Source: Octopus sinensis
Taxonomy: Eukaryota
DNA length: 64,000 nt
Assembly: GCF_006345805.1 (NCBI RefSeq)
Contig: NC_043003.1
Span: 44,764,001 to 44,828,000, forward strand
Direction of reading: 5' to 3'
Below, piece by piece: positions 55,990 through 64,000 of this stretch; the stretch's first letter is position 1; each line of letters starts with the position of its first letter. A program made the translations under genes and the position numbers. A model generated the notes under the pieces. That model was not told the origin of the DNA, did no database searches, and saw nothing but the letters and a program-made list of their open reading frames with translations.

Positions 55990-56345
55990 TCTCAGGAGAG
56001 ACATTTATTGATTTCAAAGAAGTATAAAATTCTAATCCCCTTCAAAATTGAAACTTCTAACTTCAACGTGCTTTCTACGCTGCATCAACTTCGAGGGCCC
56101 CAGTGCAGAGCTGCAACGTGAAGTGTCTAAGACACATGTCACAGCCACATTTACCATCAAATAGTGGTAAAGTTGGCTGAGGTAAATGACCACCATAGTA
56201 AATGACAACCACTGAGATTCTCCTTCAGTTCAGGGAACAACCAACTGTCACAGCGAGACAGGGATAGACTGTAGAGAGGTTGAGTGAGAGTTTTGATGCC
56301 CATCTCTGTCAATTGGATAAATACCACGGAAACACGCACCTTGGG
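55990..56345 (-). mobile_element. Mariner transposase C-terminal relic
   Basis: IKTLTQPLYSLSLSRCDSWLFPELKENLSG, approx. HPPYSPDLAPCDFWLFPKLKE. Confidence 0.7.
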
Positions 56346-59300
56346 GACAGGGTTTGCACAAATTTTGCATTTGTTCATATCTTAGTGAATAATTCGTAAT
56401 GTTCTGATATTTCCTCTTCCCATAATCCTTTTCGGCTCTACTGCTCTTAAATATTTTGTGGCAGCGAAGAAGTTAATCCATACGGAGCATTTCACAAGTT
56501 TTGTCGTGGTTTTGCCTAATATATCATAGTTCATTATTATTTAGTGAGCTTCTAAACGTCTCGTTCATTCTGCAATCTAGTCAGTTATGGGAAGCAATGT
56601 TTAGCAAGTCGCAGTCAAAGTGCTGTTTCAACCATCTCTTTCAACCTGGAATAACAATTTCCTAGGACAGTTATAACTGCCTCTACTAAAAAGGAGTCTC
56701 TAAACTTCTGAAATGAACCTCGAATCTTCTGTCAACGTTCGTATTTTTGTTTTTCCCTTTAATATGTTTCACCTCTGATAATTGGCTTGTTTGCTTTGAC
56801 TTTTAGTCAGTGTTATAGAATGCCATCATAAAGTAAATTGCTGTGGTAAATTATTTTGAAATTCTTGCCATATTTTTGTATTGCTACTCTTGTGAATTTT
56901 TCTTTTGTAATGTATGAGAATTTTTTATTGCTATTCGTTTGTAAGAATTTGATTAGAAGGTATGGTGAAACAACAAAATCTGTAAAGGTTTAATACCATC
57001 ATAAATAACACGGTAATGAAAAACAACAGATATTAAACGAAATATTAGTTGTACAGTTTTCATATATTTCATTAGATGTTATTCCCAATGAAATATTGAA
57101 GTTAGTCGTTTCATTACTAAAACAACATACAGGAACGACTAACATATTACGGTTTTGGTGGCGGATTTTAATGATGTAATTCAAACAATATCAAAAGGAT
57201 CGATGCTGGTAAATACAATGATTACGTTAAATTGTATTCACTACAATTTTTAAAACTGATGCATTATTCAGATGATTACATGCCTTAATTTGAATGAACT
57301 GCCAAAAAACAACAGTCTAGTTTGCTACTTTCTAATAGTGGACAGTCTCTAGCATCTCCAATCTTACGGTACATTTACTTGGCTGTATATGATATACAGC
57401 CAAGTCTTGCTATAGTACCCACTTTAAAATATTCTATAATTTACGAGCAGAGAATGAAGTTTAAAAAATGTTCTGTTGAGTATACAGTTCCGATCAACCC
57501 ACACACTTTATATCTTACGCAGTTGGTGTTTGTTTGGCATTAGCTAATCTATAAACTTTTTGCTTCTCGTACACTTCTACCTTCCTAAATAATTCAGATA
57601 ACTCAGGCAAGTAGCGGATAGGTTTTTCTGTTTTAGGTACTGAAGAGGGCAGAAATTGAAAATTTTAAAAACAAGTCTACCTCAGTAAGAATTCCACAAG
57701 AAACACTATGCGAGATGAAGAAACACGTTGTGAATGCATACATCATTCCCTGAACTATAATTATCTGACTGCATTTATCTTTTTGGTTTAGAAAGACCAA
57801 ATGTAAGGTTTCTTAGGTAGGAGCCCATCAAATGCAAATATCCTATTTTCGGTGAATCTAGAGTTACCATACGATGACCGTAATTACTCGTCCTCGAACA
57901 ATTTCGTAATATTTTGCAGTTACAGCTAGGCACGAGTTAAAATGTCATTTCTTAAAAAATTGCTAGATAGTGAGTAAGTAATTCCATCAAGTATCAGACA
58001 TATGACTCCATATTTTATTGCTTGGGGGCAAATGCCATCCTGGATAAAACCCACGGAAATATTAGTCGTCAGGTGATTAGAATTTCAGACAACCACAGAG
58101 ATACACCAGTACAGAGCAGCCGCTGAAACATCATCCCTTTATTATATAGAGATGCGGTTACAAGAATGAGAATCAATCTCCTGATGGAGATTGATGCTAC
58201 GTATAAATGAAGGTCTACATTAAACTTTTTCTTATGACATAAAACTAAAAATCCCAAATATCTGAATTAACATTTGTATAATTTTAAAAATATGCTTCAA
58301 AGTAAAGTATGTGCAAATATATATACCTGTTTATTCAATGAAAAACATTATTTCATAAAATTCCATATTCACCAACGTTTAGGTATATCTTATTCGCAGC
58401 CCGTTATACCTCTTATGACACGCTCAGTTATTATGTAGGAGATAAGAGCATGGCAATAACTTGCGAGTTAGTGTGCTGTAATCACATGTACATGTGTAAA
58501 CAATAAACAAAACCTATAGATAAAAGAAGAAGAGACAGAGGAAATTGTAGTAGGAAAACAAACTTTTTACGCAAGCCGAAGATTTATACCAAAAACTGAA
58601 AGAAAATAAGATTATTTGAAAGCTTACCGCTCACTTGGATATTGGAGACACTCTGCTCAAGGAAAACAACACCATTATTAAAGCATTATATCAGGCACAT
58701 CATGTCAAAACTGAAAGGACATGTTATATTGTGCAATAAAGAGAAAATAGAGTAAAAAAACAAAAACACTATGAATGATAAATTTCTGGGATGCACTTGG
58801 TTCCTAATTCTCTACAGTCACAACCTGCCAGCGAAACCATTAACAATATAATGAAAAAATAAAAAAAATGCATGATTAAAGTGTTGGGCACAAAATATAA
58901 ATTTTCTGTAAACGAGTTATGGAACAACTAAAAATGTTGTGTGGAATTTGTGTTCGTGGATTATCAAAAACAACTTGAGGTAAGAAGACTGAAGCATACA
59001 GTTTCATGCACATATTTCTAAATACCATGTATCAATGCATAATACTGAATACAGACAAATCTGCACACAGATATATTTTATATGTAATATATACGCATTA
59101 AGGGCTTAACTACATGTATGTATGTTTGTATTTGTGTGTATGCGTTGATGCCTGTGTGTATTTTAGTGTGTACGGGAACGCGAGCGTCTTGTGAACACAC
59201 ACACACACACACACACACACCACACACACACACACACATATTTTTCCGTGTGTAAGCGTAAATTCCAATACACAGAGAAACACATATTCACAACATAGAC

Positions 59301-60028
59301 TCTCATATAATTCAAAACACTAGTAGGATTTACGGGATACAAACATGTATGTATGTCTATAAATACTCGTATACACTATATGTATCTCTATGTTTGTTTG
59401 TGCGTATGTGTGTGTGTGTGTGTGTATGAGTCTGTGTGTATGAGCGTGTGTTTGTATCGATACATGGATGCAATTGTGTTTTGTTTATTGTCATATAAAT
59501 ATGTAGCTTTCGGCAATATTTTTCCGATAAAGATTAATATAGAAAACATGATCTTTGAAGGTTTCCTCCCTACCATACATTCTTACGTAATTTTTCAGAA
59601 CGAGCTTGGTGGCTGATATTAGATACACAATTGATGTAACGCTGACATATCTACACCAAGTTTCTCTTCAGGCTTACTGCTAGTCAGATTAAAAACTGAG
59701 TTATGTTTGGTTTATTCTGCTTTATTAGAAAATATGAATGTTTTTTTTTGTTTGTCAGTACATCATAGCGTTCTGTGTGTTTATGGTGTTTCACTATGGA
59801 TTAAGTTTGCATGAGAGCTCACATAAAACGATGATGTTGTTGGATAAATCGGTAGTTATTTTATTAGTTAAAGACTGTACATACATTCTTCGAATAAATT
59901 CAGAGTAACACAGACGCACTCACAGACATACAGGTATATATGTATCTGTGTGCGCGCACGCACGTGTATGACAACATGTGTACGTGTGTATGTGTATATA
60001 CATGCATGCATATCTATCTATCTATCTA

Positions 60029-60062
<34 letters not shown>

Positions 60063-60595
60063 AAGAGTGAGAGGGGGAGAAACAGATTTATAAGGAAATA
60101 TACGTGAGAATCGTCACCCTGCGCAGACCATCACAGCTTAAAAGGTATGGTTTATTCTGCCTCTCGACATATCAATTTATTCCAGCCTAAATTTCCACTA
60201 GGTTTATGGTAAATCAATAATGAAAGAGATCTATAAGTTTATCCGCTTCACCGCAACCATCTCACTATCCAAGACCTTCTCATAAAGCTGAAGAACTTTA
60301 TATCTTTAATGTGCAATTTATAATTTATATTTCGAAAATATTTAAAACACTATCTTTCCTAGATATAAATTCCCTGAAACTAAAACCTTATGTCAATCAA
60401 ATGACAATTTGATGAATAGGAGGTGATAGCGTAGTGTATATCACTAATTGTCTTTCAAAATAGGACAATAAATGCGACACATACGAAGCAAGGTACGTTA
60501 AGATTTTGAAAAAATAATCCTTACATTTTCTATAGATTTGTAAATTAATTGACTTAATTTTATAACAAAATAAACGCATATTTTTTGTGAATTTT

Positions 60596-61120
60596 GTCAC
60601 TTGTTTGATACCTGCACTAAACAACCAGTTTAACTGTGCTTTTTCAAAATCATCGATAACAATTATTTAGCTGAGATAATTTTACATCGTAATATTACGT
60701 AGTAACACTGTAGCAAAATACGTGTAAACGCAATTAGATGCCCATATCACATCTCTGTAATTTATCCAGGCCTATATACAACGGTATACTCATTTCTGTA
60801 CATTTCTAAAGCTCTCTTCAAAGTGGCATTACCCTAGCAAAAGACAAAATGTATGATTTCATATTATGTTGTTTCCATGAAATGCGTCACTTGTTTGATA
60901 ACCTGCTCTAAATAACCAATTCAGCTGTGTTTTTCCAAGATCATTGCTACCAATAAAGATATCTAAGATATTATTACATCGTACTATACCAGTGAAACAG
61001 TCCAGGCAAATATACAGCGGTATACTTAGTTTTCTACAATCCTAAAGCTATGTTGAAAATGACATTACCTTACCAAAAGTCAAAAACTATGATTTTATAA
61101 TTCGTTGTCTTATTGAGAAA
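60596..61120. repeat. Old tandem duplication, period 290 bp, second unit internally deleted
   Basis: gtcacttgtttgata at 60596 and 60886; ttacatcgta; tccaggc..tatac..cggtatact; cattacc..caaaag.caaaa..tatgatt repeated in order. Confidence 0.85.
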
Positions 61121-63578
61121 TAGTAATACATGTTCTGTATTCTTAAGTTGACATGTCTACCTTCAAGTTTACACGCAAAAGTACTTTATTCTTTGGAAGA
61201 ATCGTTGACGGTGTGCCATATTATTTAATTTTCCTCAAATAGTGGCTGTATCTCAAACATTGTTTCTTAGATTAGAATCTATGCATAACTGCTCTGCTAT
61301 AACATCAACTACATTTTGAAATTCAGGCCTGTCACATGTATAGATGTAATATTCATGGACTGCTTTGAAGGATTTTCAAAGCGTCGTATCTGCTGATCAA
61401 CTTCCTCTTTGAAAGAATTTTATCATGAATTATCATACCCAAACTGATGCCATCTTATGCAATATTGAAATAGGTATTTTCTAAAAGACATTGATAGGTT
61501 TCGAACAACCGACTACGATTTCTTTTTTTAATGTAATCTTTCCACAGCTCACTATGTTTGGGAACTATATAGAGAGCACTATTAATTTTAACAATTTCTC
61601 ATACAGAGAAACCACTTTCAAAACACAAGTTAACATTAAAATTGATAACTACTCTCATTGATTGTTACCACTAAGGTGACAGTAATAATTGTGGCTACTT
61701 CAACCATGCCGCGCCACAACCAACGAGGCCCATTTATATCACATTTGGATGTTTGAACTAGTTTTCAATTAGTGCTAGATTGCAAATAATCCACAATAAT
61801 AACGTTGCAATAATCTATAAAATAATGTGCATGATTTGTATGCGTAAGTCCGAAGTTTTGCCACATTATCAGTTGAGTATAGATACACATGCATGCAAAT
61901 ACACACGTATATATATTCACGCGCACGCACACAAGAACATATAGGCATAAACGAAACACACAGACGCTTCTTAATTTAGCATTAATATTTCTAAGCCACA
62001 AATGATTCTTCTATTTCGATGATATGTAGATATTATTAAAACTTGGCATTATAGTAAATTGTTCTATTTCTTAATTTTCTACATTATATTATTTGGGTGC
62101 ATTTGTGCATTGCGCTCAACGATCTGAGGAATTTAGATATCCTTGTATGATGGAATCTCGGAGTAATTATCTATTATATAAATGTAACACATAATTGTGT
62201 TGTTCCATTTGAATTTACGGTGAGTGTTATAACGTGATTGCATATAATGAGACGGAAGTCACAAATAAATTTCACTCGGTGAAATAGTAATCTGCTTTGC
62301 AAGAAAGATAAAAGCATCGAAGAATCTTACATTTGTGTGTGGTATGACTAATTTTGCTCTCTGGAACAAATGTGCCAACGCATTAAAATTAATAATTGAC
62401 AATATACTAAACACAACAATGCCGTAATCTAGTGAAGATTGTGAATACTGAAGAAACATCTAAACCAATGGCATCACTGATGCTGCTACATTTACTTATT
62501 TATTGTAAGAAATTGGTATGCAGTCTAGGAGAGTTACTTTATAGTGAAAAGTAGAATAAAATTTATTTTATGTGATATTTAGTAAGAAAGTAATTTGCTG
62601 GCTTTCTCAAGCGACTTAAACTTCCTGACATTAAGTACCTGGTCGTTAAATTATATATTTCCATTTCACACACGTTTTCATTTCACATGACTGAATCTAT
62701 CTGCACATCAGTCTCTGAACTATGCCCCCACTGTCTCTATCCTATGTGTGGCTGATGTGTGTATTCATATTTGGATGCACGTACAAGCAATTATATCCTA
62801 TATGACTTTTGACAAAACCTTGTTTTTTTTTCAAATATCATGATAGCAATTTAAATGTAAACAATCTAACACTGTTCTACAGCGAGGGAAAACGTAGATA
62901 TAATGACAGCTGAAATATATATTTTATATTGAACTTTCTGTAAATGGAATTCTTAATTTGTTTTTAATTGAAAATCTAATATACTTAAATGTTTTGTTCT
63001 GTCACTATAACTTCATTTTAATATCCACCTCATTTAACTTTTATACGCATAGATTTCAAATCACAACTCTACTGTAGTTGATCATTCTAAATTACATGCA
63101 CAAATGATGTCTCTTGAGAAATAATATTCTCTATTATTTTGTCTCTTACTTTTATTTCTTTTTTACTTAATCATGTGTCTTGTTATCTTTCACAGAATTC
63201 ACTACATGATTTCATTTGCTCGGGGATAAATTTCCAACTAATTCTATGAATGAGAATCAGAATGCCCGAAATGATTACTGGTTCCTTGTCTTAAACCCTA
63301 TATAATGCTAAATAATGACTAGTTTTATGGATCACAAATGGAATGGAAATCTTTTTATTGCCCAAAACACACTGCTTTACTTGTGCTAAAAAATTATTGG
63401 AAATAAAACGATAAAGATTGATGAATCTCTCACAATTCTATAATAGGGATTTCCAAAATGAGATTCTAGAATTGCCTTGCCATTTTTATCAGTTACTAAC
63501 GGTTGAGTACATTTACTCCCCAAACGTACATGTGTACCTGCTAAATACGCAGTACCTGATAGACACTCGTTATCACTT

Positions 63579-63633
<55 letters not shown>

Positions 63634-64000
63634 TTTTCTCTCCCTCGCTCTCTCTCATTCTCAATCGTCTATATTACTAAGGTTGCAAATGTATGTTTAC
63701 ACAGGTGTCTCTACGTAGTTAGCAAAGGCAAGTGGACCCCGATGTTTTCTATATAATACGAAGTGGATTAACCTACTAACTGCTATTTTCTAACATACAT
63801 AACATTTTATAGACTAGATTTCTAGTGACACAACAGTTGATGGGGCATATCCTGCTATATTAATTAATTAGGTTTAACAGAAAAGTTGTTATTTTCATAA
63901 TTCTTTAACGCAAATAAATGATAGGTTCCGAAATACCTGAATTATAGCAGGCAACCTCTTTTATTTATTCTTTTTTTTTCTACAAAAGGATATTTATTTC

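Overview
Eukaryotic, AT-rich, microsatellite-dense DNA that reads as intronic or intergenic. The SINE families, (TAA)n/(TA)n/(GATA)n arrays and transposon relics suggest a cephalopod, probably Octopus (inference from recognised repeat families). No host protein-coding gene could be identified with confidence, and most ORFs in the supplied track are microsatellite artefacts. Supported content: a near-complete degraded Penelope-like element (RT plus GIY-YIG, 51660-53640); five R4/Dong-type RLE LINE fragments, four ending in (TAA)-type arrays; two mariner relics; rearranged Ty3/Gypsy fragments; and many tRNA-derived SINEs. The most interesting signal is a set of short, microsatellite-anchored, often palindromic elements carrying type I hammerhead ribozyme (HHR) folds from roughly 8-10 sequence families. 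Several have non-standard catalytic cores: a compensatory G3:C8 swap, A6U in two copies, and a U-U pair closing helix II in two families. One HHR sits behind a tRNA-like Pol III head. In two families an inverted copy ends within about 3 nt of the predicted cleavage site. All folds were read by eye and none was computed or tested.
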